A stretch of 63,824 nt of DNA, counting the filler, from Octopus bimaculoides (Eukaryota): the NCBI RefSeq assembly GCF_001194135.2. It is 5 parts of 5 records of this genome, joined end to end, with 100 filler letters (N's around TTAATTAATTAA, not from the genome) between each part and the next. Parts side by side here need not be neighbours in the genome. Positions count along the whole stretch, not along the records: positions 1 to 18,522 come from NC_068992.1; positions 18,623 to 43,390 come from NC_068984.1; 3 more parts are not named here. One strand, 5' to 3'. Below are positions 13,240 to 25,371 of this stretch, piece by piece (the stretch's first letter is position 1; each line of letters opens with the position of its first letter). Below the pieces are notes generated by a model that had not been told where the DNA came from, ran no database searches, and saw nothing but the letters and a program-made list of their open reading frames with translations. The translations under genes were made by a program, and so were the position numbers.

Positions 13240-13669
13240 AAATATTGGTTTCAAATTTTGGTTCTGCGTCAGCAATTTCGAAGGAGTAAATCTTGAAAGA
13301 GAAAGTTGACATCGGAGGAATTTGAACTCAGGACGTAAAGACAGACGAAATACCGCTGAGCATTGTTGCCCGGCGTACTAACGATTCTGCCAGCTCGCCG
13401 CCCTAATAATATTAATAATTCTTTATATACTAAAGCCACAAGGCCTGAAATTTGGAGGGAGGTGAATAGTCGATTACATCGACCCCAGTGTTTCACTGGT
13501 ACTTAAATTTATCGACCCTGAAAAGATGAAAGTCAAAGTCGACCATGGCGAAATTTGAACTCAGAACATGAAGACGGATGAAATACCGTTAAGCATTTTT
13601 CCCGGCGTTCTAACGATTCTGCCATCTCACCACCTTAATAATAATAATAATGATAATAATAATAATAAT

Positions 13670-13700
<31 letters not shown>

Positions 13701-14170
13701 ATAATAATCTTTCTGCTATCGGCACAAGGCCTGAAATTTGGGAGAAGGGATTAAGTCGATTACATCGACCCAGTGCGTAACAGGTTGTTATTTGATCGAC
13801 CCCAAAAGAATGAAAGGCAAAATCGACCGGCAGACGAAATACCGTGAAGCATTTTGCCCAGCGTTCTAATGATTCTGCCAGCTCAACACCTTAATAATAA
13901 TAATAATAATAGTAATAATAATAATAGTAATAATAATAATAGTAATAATAATAATAATAATAAAATTGGTCTCAAATTTTGGCACGAGGCCAGCAATTTT
14001 GTGGGAGGATTAAGTCAATTGCATCGATCCGTCATTCAACTTGTACGTATTTTTCATCGGCCCCGAAAGGATGTAAGAGAAAGTCAACCTCAGCGGAATT
14101 TGAACTCAGGACGTAAAGACAGACGAAACCCCTCTAAAGTTAACGTTTCTGCCAGCTCACCGCCGCCGTA
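13240..14170 (-). mobile_element. Four tandem copies of a tRNA-derived SINE (Meta/Sauria-like core) separated by (TAA)n-rich tracts
   Basis: Copies at about 13240-13403, 13420-13635, 13708-13892 and 13965-14170 share GAATTTGAACTCAG..GAAATACCG.TAAGCATT..CCCGGCGT.CTAACGATTCTGCCA; core GCCTTTCATCCTTTCGGGGTCGATAAA-like on the minus strand. Some copies are internally deleted. Confidence 0.85.
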
Positions 14171-15293
14171 CTGGTAAGTAAGATATTGAAGTACATGTTG
14201 AATAAATTAGTCCTAGATACAGTACAACTGGAAAGATAGGATAGCCACAAATGTAACGCTTACGGTCACAATTCTGTTCTTTCAAGTAAAGCTTACATAC
14301 TGATAAACAAAAATAAATCAAATCAGTATTCACTTCTTAAGATTTGAAACCGTAAGCATTTCGTTTCTAGAATTTCAGCTTTGACTTATATTATCTGTTT
14401 AAGAAGTATTTTGTCAATCGACTGCCTCTTCCATCGTCTGCTGTTCACTGAAGCCACCATCACAGCCACATAAATGTATATAACCGCATACTAGAAGCTG
14501 ATTGAGCGTCAAAAGAAACTGTTGCTAAGCTACGATTAGTAAAAATGTCAGGTAAATTTCTCTCAACACAATTGGCGACTGGCCATCAAGACGCTAGGCT
14601 ATATTCCTTTTATTTCCTTTATGCCACATATAACCCCATCCAACCTCATCTATTCTTCGATTTCGGTCTGAAAATGGCCGTCCTTTTTACATTGTAAATG
14701 GATTTCTCTTTAAGACTCGAATGTTCTTTGGTGTGGAAACGGAAAATGCATAGAAAAGAGAAAAATATGAGCGTTTCTTAAAGATACCATTGATAACTAA
14801 GCAAAGTGTTTAAACCGGAACAAAATGCAAAAGCTTAACACTTAGGACGCCAAGGTTCTTTTCAATGAACATATTTGTAACGTTTATTCTGATTGGATGA
14901 CGTGCTAGAACAGAGATCACTCTCCGCTTTCGAAGACAAAAATAGAGAACAGTTTCCTGTTACGGCATAAAAATATCAAAGATCATAAGTATTTCTGTTA
15001 TTTTAAAATAGTACAAGTAATATCGTCAATGCGGTATTTATTCCACTCTCTCTCTCTCTNNNNNNNNNNNNNNNNNNNNNNNNNNNNNNNNNNNNNNNNN
15101 NNNNNNNNNNNNNNNNNNNNNNNNNNNNNNNNNNNNNNNNNNNNNNNNNNNNNNNNNNNNNNNNNNNNNNNNNNNNNNNNNNNNNNNNNNNNNNNNNNNN
15201 NNNNNNNNNNNNNNNNNNNNNNNNNNNNNNNNNNNNNNNNNNNNNNNNNNNNNNNNNNNNNNNNNNNNNNNNNNNNNNNNNNNNNNNNNNNNN

Positions 15294-15294
15294 N

Positions 15295-15332
<38 letters not shown>

Positions 15333-15355
15333 TGTATATATATGTATAATATATG

Positions 15356-15388
<33 letters not shown>

Positions 15389-15574
15389 GTACATATATAT
15401 GCATATATATATATATATATGTACGTATATATATATATATGCATAGATGTATGTATGTATGTATGTATGTATACACACATGCACATACATACACGCATAC
15501 ATACATACACACACACACATACATACATACACACATACATACATGCATGCATACATAAATACATACATACATAC
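15294..15574. repeat. (TA)n/(TACA)n compound microsatellite
   Basis: Directly visible. Confidence 0.95.
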
Positions 15575-17040
15575 TGGCGCCGTCAACATCAGACGTGCAG
15601 GTGTAGAGGACCGTTTAAAAGTGCGTTTTGAACGCCTTCCTCTTGAAATATGCCGACTTCTCCAGCCTAAATCGTTAACTAGTTTATTTCTCCAATAATT
15701 AATTAGATAAACGCCTTTTACTAGCCATGATATCGCTTTCCTTGACAGATTTTAAAATATGCAACTAGACTAGGTGGATTCTCGCTAACTCGATTATGGC
15801 TGAAGCTAACATCACCACTGACGAAACTAACAACGTCACCACCGATGAAAACAGAACTATTTCAGCAGTAAGTCATTTAAGAAGACGTAAATACTCTTCT
15901 CATTTTACTTGGACTCAACAACTAAGCCAAGATTTACTCCGGTGCTATGATAAAAACCCGAGATGACCCTTCAATCGGATACATGAATCAGTTAAAACAA
16001 TACCGGGACGAAGCTCATCTCAACTTAAATACCTTCACGGCGAAACAGCTCCGACAACAAGCATCTTTTATAAAATAAAAACAAAAACAAATCAGCTGGT
16101 CCTCGATCCTCCCAAAACACTGAAAATGGGCCAAAAATCTGCCAGAAGCGGCGTAAAAAATACTGCAAACAAACCAATGCTCCCGTCATCACTAAGTTCG
16201 AGTGTGTCTCCAAATTTAGCTGACTCAGTAGCGAAGACTGCGGAATACATCCAACTCGAAAACATTTTTAACGTTACAATTCACAAAAGATTTTGCTATT
16301 TTCTCGAANNNNNNNNNNCAACTCGAAAACATTTTTAACGTTACAATTCACAAAAGATTTTGCTATTTTCTCGAAGTTTTCGTTGAGCAACAGACAATTC
16401 CCAACAAAAGTGAGAAAAATCAGACCGATCTAATGCTTAAAGTTATCAACGATGTCGCTGGAGATCACATGGAATCATGTGAACTTAATTACTGGAATAT
16501 AAATACACTTATATACACAGCCGCTGGTACTCTTAAAGAACACCTAAGAGAAATCTGCAGTGGACAAACAAACGAAATTACTAAACGTAAACAGCCTAGA
16601 TGGAAAACAAAACTTGAAGAAAACATCAATAACGTGTGCCGCCATATCGGATGTTAAACTACAACAATAAACTTGTAAGGAGAAAAATGAGTTTACACCA
16701 ACTCTACCTTAGAAAAAAATTAGCGAAACTTTATGGCAACCCTTCACACCGAGCTCTTGAGGGAAAGCTCATCACTTTAAAACATGAACTCAAGATGATG
16801 AGCGAGAAACTCCGCTATTGCCTGCGAACTTTTGAACGAACTAGTATCAATCGCAAGTTTGCTTCCAACCCTCAAGCATTATACAGAGAGATGAGGAAGG
16901 CAAACATTACCGTTAAGAAAGCCCTCTCCCAAGAAGATCTACAATCATTCTGGTCAAAAATTTAGAAAGAAAAGAGGGCTTTCGGCCTGAATACATCAGG
17001 GTTTACAATTCAGAGAGAATACTGTACCAACGCTAAGAGT
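15575..17040 (+). mobile_element. 5' part of the same R4/Dong family as 6430-9270 (putative 5' UTR, N-terminal domain, pre-RT region)
   Basis: 16350-17030 aligns colinearly at high identity with 6430-7110. Upstream MAEANITT...RRKYSSHFTWTQQLSQDLLRCYDK..DDPSIGYMNQLKQY resembles the R4 N-terminal WT motif. The 5' boundary is uncertain. Confidence 0.85.
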
Positions 17041-17389
17041 ATATGTCTATATAAAATGTAAACAAAACTGCTACAATTAATTGTAATATAATTAAGCATT
17101 TCAAAATCATGATTCAGCAGTAATACCAGTAGAGATTATTATAAGACCAGAATTCAAATTCGATTTAAAAGGTAACGCTATCACCTTCAACTGAATTAGT
17201 TCACTTTGGAAACGTGGTAAGTGAGGGACCCTTGATGAATTTGCAGCGACTAGGGTGCATAATTGCGTACAGACCAATGTGCAGTTGCTGCAGTAGAAGC
17301 ATATGTTGGTCATTGTTATAAATATATTTATTAAAAAAGTTTTGGATGTGAATAAATCTTTCCCCTCTTGGTCTTCAATTATATATAGT

Positions 17390-17456
<67 letters not shown>

Positions 17457-17462
17457 TATATA

Positions 17463-18522
17463 TACAGGATGCGGTGAATATATTGTCGTCTGAGGGGGCG
17501 AGATGGCAGAAACATTAGCACGCTAGGCGAAATACTTAGCGGTATTTCCTCTGTCTTGATGTTCTGAGTTCAAATTCCACCGAGGTCGACTTTGCATTCA
17601 TCCATTCGGCGTCGATATATTAAGTACCAGTTGCGTACTGGAGCCGATATAATCGACTGGCCCCCTCCCCAAAAATGTCGGGCCCTGTGCCTAGAGTAGA
17701 AAAGAATATATTGTCGTCTAAAGTACGCAAAAAAGGGAATTAACACTGGCATCTCCATTTTTACAGATATATTTACCAAAATTACATAAAAATATCTTGA
17801 AATACAAGAGTAAATTCATTCAAAAAAATCGTCATTGACTTCGAATTCTCCTCTAACTCAACCGGTCGGTCTCCTTGTTTAAGTTGGTAAATGATGTCAA
17901 AATCCTTGCCTTCAGTTCATCTTTGGTGTTAAAGGTGTTAGAAGGAGTTTTATTGATCTCTCGTTCAACTGCGTTCCACACCTAATATTCAAGGGAATTG
18001 CTGTCTGGGAGGTTATGTGATCGCAGAATTATCTGACAACCATGACTGGGTTCTCCTGTTTGTGTGGCATGGTGCAGAGTCCTATCGCCAGATATAGGGT
18101 CTTCCAGCAGTCACCTTCTTGACCTAGGGCAGCACTAACTCCTGCAGGCACTTGATGTAGGCCTCCGCGTTCAGTCTGAGGCCGTGTGGGAAGATAAATG
18201 GACATATAGCGTCTCCCTCACTAGTGATCACTCCGAACACCATGATGTTGACTGGATGTTTGATTTTTATCACTCTCGGTACATGTCCTCAGATTGCACT
18301 GTCCACAAACTGACAAGCAAACAGTCTGAGATGTTCGTATCGGAGTTTCCGACGTGAATGCCACGCAGTACAGCATGTCGTTTTCAAATTTCAGACAGAG
18401 TGAATTGCGTCATGGTGCTGATTTTTCTTACAGACGGTGCCCAACTGACCCTACTGTATTGTGTAGTCGACAAAACCAAATACAAACAATGCACATGCTG
18501 CGAAATTAGAATTATGATATGA
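17463..18522 (-). mobile_element. maT/DD37D-like Tc1/mariner element with an internal deletion
   Basis: Minus strand: MTQFTLSEI*KRHAVLRGIHVG (N-terminus) joined to VPRVIKIKHPVNIMVFGVITSEGD..FIFPHGLRLNAEAYIKCLQ..GRPYIWR*DSAPCHT..TQSWLSDN. The 3' end is TA-CAGGATGCGG; the 5' end is cut by an artificial linker. Confidence 0.85.
17492..17703 (+). mobile_element. Full-length tRNA-derived Meta-like SINE with a 16-bp target-site duplication
   Basis: GAATATATTGTCGTCT at 17476-17491 and 17704-17719; B box GAGTTCAAATTCC; same family as the 13240-14170 copies. Confidence 0.92.
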
Positions 18523-18622
18523 NNNNNNNNNNNNNNNNNNNNNNNNNNNNNNNNNNNNNNNNNNNNTTAATTAATTAANNNNNNNNNNNNNNNNNNNNNN
18601 NNNNNNNNNNNNNNNNNNNNNN
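18523..18622. other. Artificial scaffold linker N44-TTAATTAATTAA-N44
   Basis: Exactly 100 bp, with stops in all six frames; the identical construct occurs four times. Confidence 0.95.
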
Positions 18623-18660
<38 letters not shown>

Positions 18661-19351
18661 TTAGTTAAATTTCGGCTAGAATTGGTCCAAACCTACGATC
18701 AATAACGTCGTCTTAATGCAAAAATGTATTTATACATATTTTAGCTTTATATGTATATGTGTGTATGTGTGTGTGTATATGTGTATGTGTATGTGTGTGT
18801 GTATTTGTGTATGTATGTGTGTAGGTATGTATGTATGCATGTATGTATGTACATCTAACACTAAAATTTGTATCAACACATTTTTGTAACAAGACGGCGT
18901 TGTTGATCATAGCAATTCTTGTTCAATGCGTAATGTATCAATTGCAGATTGAGGAAAACGATTTTAAAACTCGCTTTAATGTCATCTCTGAAAACGCATA
19001 TGAAATGGGGCTTACAGCAGATTTAATATTCAGGTAATTAAATAAAGAAAAACAAAGAAGTATTATATAAGCCAAACACCAGATATGATACTGATTTCTT
19101 GCATTGATACATAGGCACATATTAACACTGAGAGGTAAAGTGTCACTAATACAAACTGGTATACTTTTTATCAACCATTGAGGTATTAAAAGCAAAGTCA
19201 ACTCTTAAGAAGGATTAAATTAAATACTGCAAGGTATTTAATAAGGTGCTCTACCCATTCTACTTCTCGACCAAATATATATTTTAAGACACACTAACTA
19301 CCAGAATATAATCAATCCTTATTATAATAATGGTAATATGATTACATCTTA

Positions 19352-19530
19352 GTGTGGTAAGCTGACAGAGTCGTTAGCACACCGCAGAAAATTCTTAGCG
19401 ACATTTCGTCCGTCTTTTCGTTCTGAATTCAAATGCCACCGAGGTTAACTTTGCCTTTCAGCCTTTGAGGGTCGATAAAATAAGTATCAGTTAAGCACTG
19501 GAGTCGATGTAATCGACTTACTTGCATTAT
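19352..19530 (+). mobile_element. Meta-like SINE copy
   Basis: GCTGACAGAGTCGTTAGCAC..GAATTCAAATGCCACCGAGGTTAACTTTGCCTTTCAGCCTTTGAGGGTCGATAAAATAAGTATCAG. Confidence 0.85.
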
Positions 19531-20625
19531 GCCAAAATTTAAATCCAATATAAGTACATCTATATATAAACCGAAATTCTTACTCTCACCACCTATGATA
19601 TCGTCCTTACAACTCAAATCCTACACTGTTTCTTACACAAACGAACTTCTGAAAGAATGAAATAGGAAGTGTAAGTGGGAGTTGTTCTCTCCCTGACATC
19701 TAAGATGGCATTAACGTATGACTGGTGTCAGCATTTCAAAAGGCAGCTTCCTCTGGAAATAGTCCCCAAATCTCCCTCAATAAGACCCGACAATCTGAAA
19801 TGTATTGTTTGACAATATTGTTTGTGATTATGTTCTTGACTGGAACGTTTTCATTATACATCTCATCTATCGAACACCTGTAACCGAGCTTACCTCAAAC
19901 GAATGATGGAAGACGTCTATGTGGTTGTTTGATTTGCTAGAAATAGCAGACAACTCACACCGTACGACTTTAAACACAAGAGAAAACTGCCTTTAACAGG
20001 CAGTTTTTACACGCTAGAAGAAGTAGTCAAAACAACCAAAACCACATTTGAGAACAATCTTTAAAAAGAATGAAAAATAAAAACGTTTACCTTGTTATTT
20101 TAATCCGGTCAGACCTAGGTTTCAAAATTTTTTAGCAAATAAAATAATTTGCTAGGCGATTCGAAATAAGATGTTACTATTGTTGATACCGTCTATGGCA
20201 AATATTTTTAATTGATAATATTAACTGCAGTAACATGGGCGCTTCACAGTTTTAATAGCATTATAAGCTATAAAATATAAACTTAGCACGAAGCCTTAAG
20301 GATGCAGAGAGCATCAAACCTATTTAGAGATGAGAGCTGAAGTTTCAATTCAACTGCCAGAAGGCACCAAAATAATAGAAAATAACATCATGCGAGGAAA
20401 CGGACAAAGAATTTAAAAAGTATACCTATAAAGAATATGCCGTTCAGATGCTCATATACCATGGTTTCGGGTGTTGGCCCGAGGGCTATAACTTTCCTCA
20501 GTATGAGTTACTGGGCAATATATATATATACGACGAACTTCTTCAATTTCTATCTACCAAACTCACTCACAAAGCATTACTCAGCCCTGAACTATAGTAG
20601 AACACACTTGCCTAAGATATATATG

Positions 20626-20694
<69 letters not shown>
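20626..20694. repeat. (GATA)n microsatellite
   Basis: Directly visible. Confidence 0.97.
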
Positions 20695-20695
<1 letters not shown>

Positions 20696-20699
20696 TGTA

Positions 20700-21914
20700 T
20701 TGGGTCATCCCATAAATAATGCGGTTTTTTCAGTTGCATGAACTAACAGTCGGAAGGGGATGGGATAAACTACATGCATCAACTTGCTATAAAAGCAGGT
20801 CCTTATTCATAGTGTAAGTTTTGAAGAGTGCAATTCGATTTTAACAGTTAATTTTTCAAAGTTATAATGGAAGTGACAAAGGAACATTTTCGGCATATTT
20901 TGCTTTATGAATTCAATAAAGGCAAAAACGAAACGGAAAATGCGACGAATATTAATGCAGTATATGGAGATAGGAAAATAAGCGTAAGCCAGTATCAATA
21001 GTGGTTCCAGAGATACCGAGCCGCAAACTACAGCCTTGAAGACGAGCATCGTCCTGGAAGATTTGTAGAGCTCGACGAAGACGTCCTGGAAACCCTTGTG
21101 GAACAAAAATATCCCATCGTATCTGTTGAGGACCTAGCAGAGAAGCTTGGATTTGGTCATTCAACCATTTATCGACACCTGCGTGCCATCGAAAATAGTC
21201 AGTGAATTGGGTTAATGGGTTCTTCACAAACTTTCCAAGTCTAATCGCACCCAGAGTTTGAATGTGTGCTTTTATTTGCTGCCACATCTCACGAATGAAC
21301 CTGTTTTGGACCGAACAGTGACTGGTGACGAGAAATGGGTTCTCTATAAAAATGTCAAGCACCCAAGACAGTGAGTATAGAAAGGAGAAACACCGGGACT
21401 CCAGGCTAAAGAAGGTCATCATTCACGTAAGTTTCGTGGGATATGAAAGGTTTAATCCACTTTGAACTTTTAAATCCAGACCAAACGATAATAAAGGCGA
21501 TCTACTGCGAGCCGTTTGAGCGGCTTAAGTCAGCGCTAGAAGTAAAACGACCATCTTTGGTTTGAAGACGAAAAGTGTTCTTCCATCAGGATAATGCTCG
21601 GCACATACAGCGAGGATGACGTTCCAAAGGCTGGCGTAGTTTTAGTAGGAAACGATGACCCAGTAACCATATTCGCTGGACATTACCTCATCTGATGATC
21701 ATTTATTCCGCAGTCTTCAAAATCATTTGTACGGAAAGAATATGAATTCTGTAGACAAGGTCAGGACAGTACTGGAAGAGTATTTTTCGTCACGAACAAG
21801 TGAATTTTGGAAGAGGGGCCTTGCAAGTCTACCAGATAGATGGAAGAGCATTGTAGAAAATGAAGGAGAGTATATTATAGATTAGAAAAGAATTTTGTCT
21901 CTCTTAATTTTGAA
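20700..21914 (+). mobile_element. mariner (DD34D) element with decayed transposase, 20867-21885
   Basis: 5' TA-TTGGGTCATCCCATAAAT TIR-like start; MEVTKEHFRHILLYEFNKG, WVLHKL (WVPHEL-like), VTGDEKWVLY, HQDNAR, a degenerate YSPDLAPSDYHLF motif and WKSIVENEGEYIID*. The 3' TIR lies in the gap. Confidence 0.93.
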
Positions 21915-22912
21915 NNNNNNNNNNNNNNNNNNNNNNNNNNNNNNNNNNNNNNNNNNNNNNNNNNNNNNNNNNNNNNNNNNNNNNNNNNNNNNNNNNNNNN
22001 NNNNNNNNNNNNNNNNNNNNNNNNNNNNNNNNNNNNNNNNNNNNNNNNNNNNNNNNNNNNNNNNNNNNNNNNNNNNNNNNNNNNNNNNNNNNNNNNNNNN
22101 NNNNNNNNNNNNNNNNNNNNNNNNNNNNNNNNNNNNNNNNNNNNNNNNNNNNNNNNNNNNNNNNNNNNNNNNNNNNNNNNNNNNNNNNNNNNNNNNNNNN
22201 NNNNNNNNNNNNNNNNNNNNNNNNNNNNNNNNNNNNNNNNNNNNNNNNNNNNNNNNNNNNNNNNNNNNNNNNNNNNNNNNNNNNNNNNNNNNNNNNNNNN
22301 NNNNNNNNNNNNNNNNNNNNNNNNNNNNNNNNNNNNNNNNNNNNNNNNNNNNNNNNNNNNNNNNNNNNNNNNNNNNNNNNNNNNNNNNNNNNNNNNNNNN
22401 NNNNNNNNNNNNNNNNNNNNNNNNNNNNNNNNNNNNNNNNNNNNNNNNNNNNNNNNNNNNNNNNNNNNNNNNNNNNNNNNNNNNNNNNNNNNNNNNNNNN
22501 NNNNNNNNNNNNNNNNNNNNNNNNNNNNNNNNNNNNNNNNNNNNNNNNNNNNNNNNNNNNNNNNNNNNNNNNNNNNNNNNNNNNNNNNNNNNNNNNNNNN
22601 NNNNNNNNNNNNNNNNNNNNNNNNNNNNNNNNNNNNNNNNNNNNNNNNNNNNNNNNNNNNNNNNNNNNNNNNNNNNNNNNNNNNNNNNNNNNNNNNNNNN
22701 NNNNNNNNNNNNNNNNNNNNNNNNNNNNNNNNNNNNNNNNNNNNNNNNNNNNNNNNNNNNNNNNNNNNNNNNNNNNNNNNNNNNNNNNNNNNNNNNNNNN
22801 NNNNNNNNNNNNNNNNNNNNNNNNNNNNNNNNNNNNNNNNNNNNNNNNNNNNNNNNNNNNNNNNNNNNNNNNNNNNNNNNNNNNNNNNNNNNNNNNNNNN
22901 NNNNNNNNNNNN

Positions 22913-23286
22913 ATAATACAAAGAATATATATATATGCATGTATACACACATATATGTACATACTTACATCTACATGTGTATATAGATGCATATCAGGGT
23001 ACAGGACGTTAGAACAATGAACTACAGACAATGGAACGAACACATAGGGAAACGGAAAGCACCTTGGAATATTCCTTCATCAGCTGCCTAATCGAAACGT
23101 CGGGTTAGAATAGAGGCAGCTGATGAAGGAATATTCCAAGGTGCTTTCCGTTTCCCTATGTGTTCGTTCCGTTATCTGTAGTTCATTGTTCTAACGTCCT
23201 GTACCCTGATATGCATCTATATACACATGTAGATGTAAGTATGTACATATATGTGTGTATACATGCATATATATTCTTTGTATTAT
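22913..23286. repeat. Near-perfect fold-back (arms ~175 bp, 24-nt spacer)
   Basis: 22913-23089 is the reverse complement of 23114-23286 except for 2 substitutions and an (AT) length difference. Confidence 0.95.
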
Positions 23287-23469
23287 TACATCATTGAACG
23301 CACACGTCCTTTTTCCAAGTAAGTCTATATATATATACACATATGATTACATCAGTGGCTAGCGTATAAAAACGACCTTATTGGTAAAAATAAATATTAA
23401 GTACGTATGCATGTATATATTGGTATCTGTAGGTAAAAATTTATCGCTATGTATATGTATTTTTCGCTT

Positions 23470-24265
23470 ATAAATTGTTGGTTTTATCTCTACTGAAGAG
23501 TGCAAAGTAATCTTCATTACAGAGCACGAAATCTTAAGATATGGGATTATCCGAAATTCGTAAGTCTTCCTGCTCATTTCATCGCATTTGGCCTTTGATT
23601 ATGAACAGAGAACAAATTTAAAGCGGACTGTAGATATTTGACATCTACTTCTAGCGGATAGGCACTGACATTCCAGTGTCCTTAATTATAATTATATCTT
23701 TACAATTATATACTTAAAAATTAATTTTACCGATATGGTCGCTTTTTAATATGCTAACCACTGATATAATCATCTTAATGATTATATCCTCAGTTTATAA
23801 GTATCAATAATTTTGAGTTCTCTAGTCATTATATCATGTTGCAGGACTGTATGATTTCCGACATTAACAACATGGCCAGGATGGGCGACTAGATGTAATA
23901 TATACGCGGAAAATGCATGTATACACTGGCATCTGTACGCAAGAATTTATAGGTAAGTATATGTAATTTTCCACTTATATATTGTCCATTTATCTCTATT
24001 GAGGAGTGCAAGGTAATCTTCATTACAGAGTACGAAATCTGAAGATATAGGATTATCCGGAATTTGTAAATTTCCTCGCATTCGGCCGTGGGTTATAAAT
24101 AGAGAAGAAATTTAGAGTAGATTGTAGGCATTTGTCATCTACTTCTAGCGTATAGGCATTGACATTCCAGTACCTTTAATTATAATTATATTCTTATAAT
24201 TATGTACTTAAAAATCAATTTTACCAATATGGGGGATTTTTATACGTAAACCACAGATATAATAA
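23470..24265 (+). repeat. Diverged ~300-bp direct duplication (about 23470-23770 and 23975-24265)
   Basis: Shared blocks GAGTGCAA.GTAATCTTCATTACAGAG.ACGAAATCT and CATCTACTTCTAGCG.ATAGGCA.TGACATTCCAGT. Confidence 0.85.
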
Positions 24266-24349
24266 TGTTCTCAATTTATATATATATATATATATATATC
24301 AACAATAATAAGAAGAAGAATTATTACGAAATTGCATTACCTTTAATTC

Positions 24350-24384
<35 letters not shown>

Positions 24385-24423
24385 CTTTACATAGACCTAT
24401 ACATGCTTCAAATTATATTAATA

Positions 24424-24464
<41 letters not shown>

Positions 24465-25371
24465 TTAACAGATGAAATCCAGAAAACACTTTGCAGCGCT
24501 CAAGCGATTCGAACTCTGATGTCTTTACGAGGGACCAATTCTGCGGCGTACAGAGTGGCTAGAAGAGGAATCAAGATGAGTAGATATGGAGGCAATTTTT
24601 CGGATAAACAAATTAGAAATACCAGCTTAAACACTTAATCATTTAAACATTTAAACATTCCACCTTTAAACTTCTCTGCGTCATGATCTGAAATGTAAGA
24701 TTTTTTTCTACCCTGATGACGGAGGCTCGATTTATTTAATGTTTATTTGCTTCCATTACGATGAACTATATCTACCAACATTATGATGGATCTCCGAGCA
24801 CCCAGAAACTGCTGTTGGACTTATAACACCTTACTTCTTCCCCTTTAATTTTCTTAGTCGATTTGTACTCTGTGTAAATTTGGTTTATTAATATATAAGT
24901 ATGTACATATTTATACTTAAATATTCATCTTATTCTAAAATCCATGAAACTCTATCCTGAAAGGAAGAAGCGAGTATCTTTCATGTACAGGCGAAACAAC
25001 GTAGATTCTTTGATTAATAAGAAGCATAAGATATACACCCACCATTTAAGTATTTTTTATCTTTTCTGCTTAACTTAAACGAAGAAATAAAAACTGACTT
25101 GCTATTCATGAAATGATTGATAATAGCTGAAAAATGAGAAACAATACAAAAGGTTTTTTAAAACTTGATCTGCTTGTATAGGATGATTTTTAGATATTCT
25201 TATATACTATGTTTCTGCTTATATAATTATATAATTAAGTAAGTTATCATTATATTTTGTTACTATTCCATTTTAATGTATTTCATCTATTATTTTATAG
25301 TCTTAATTGTAATATTTTATTAACTCATTTTTTTTATTTTAAAATAACTTTTACATGATTATTATTATTGA

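Noticed and set aside
16252-16375. 57-bp direct repeat in the R4 5' copy
   Set aside because: It flanks a 10-N gap; assembly overlap artefact.
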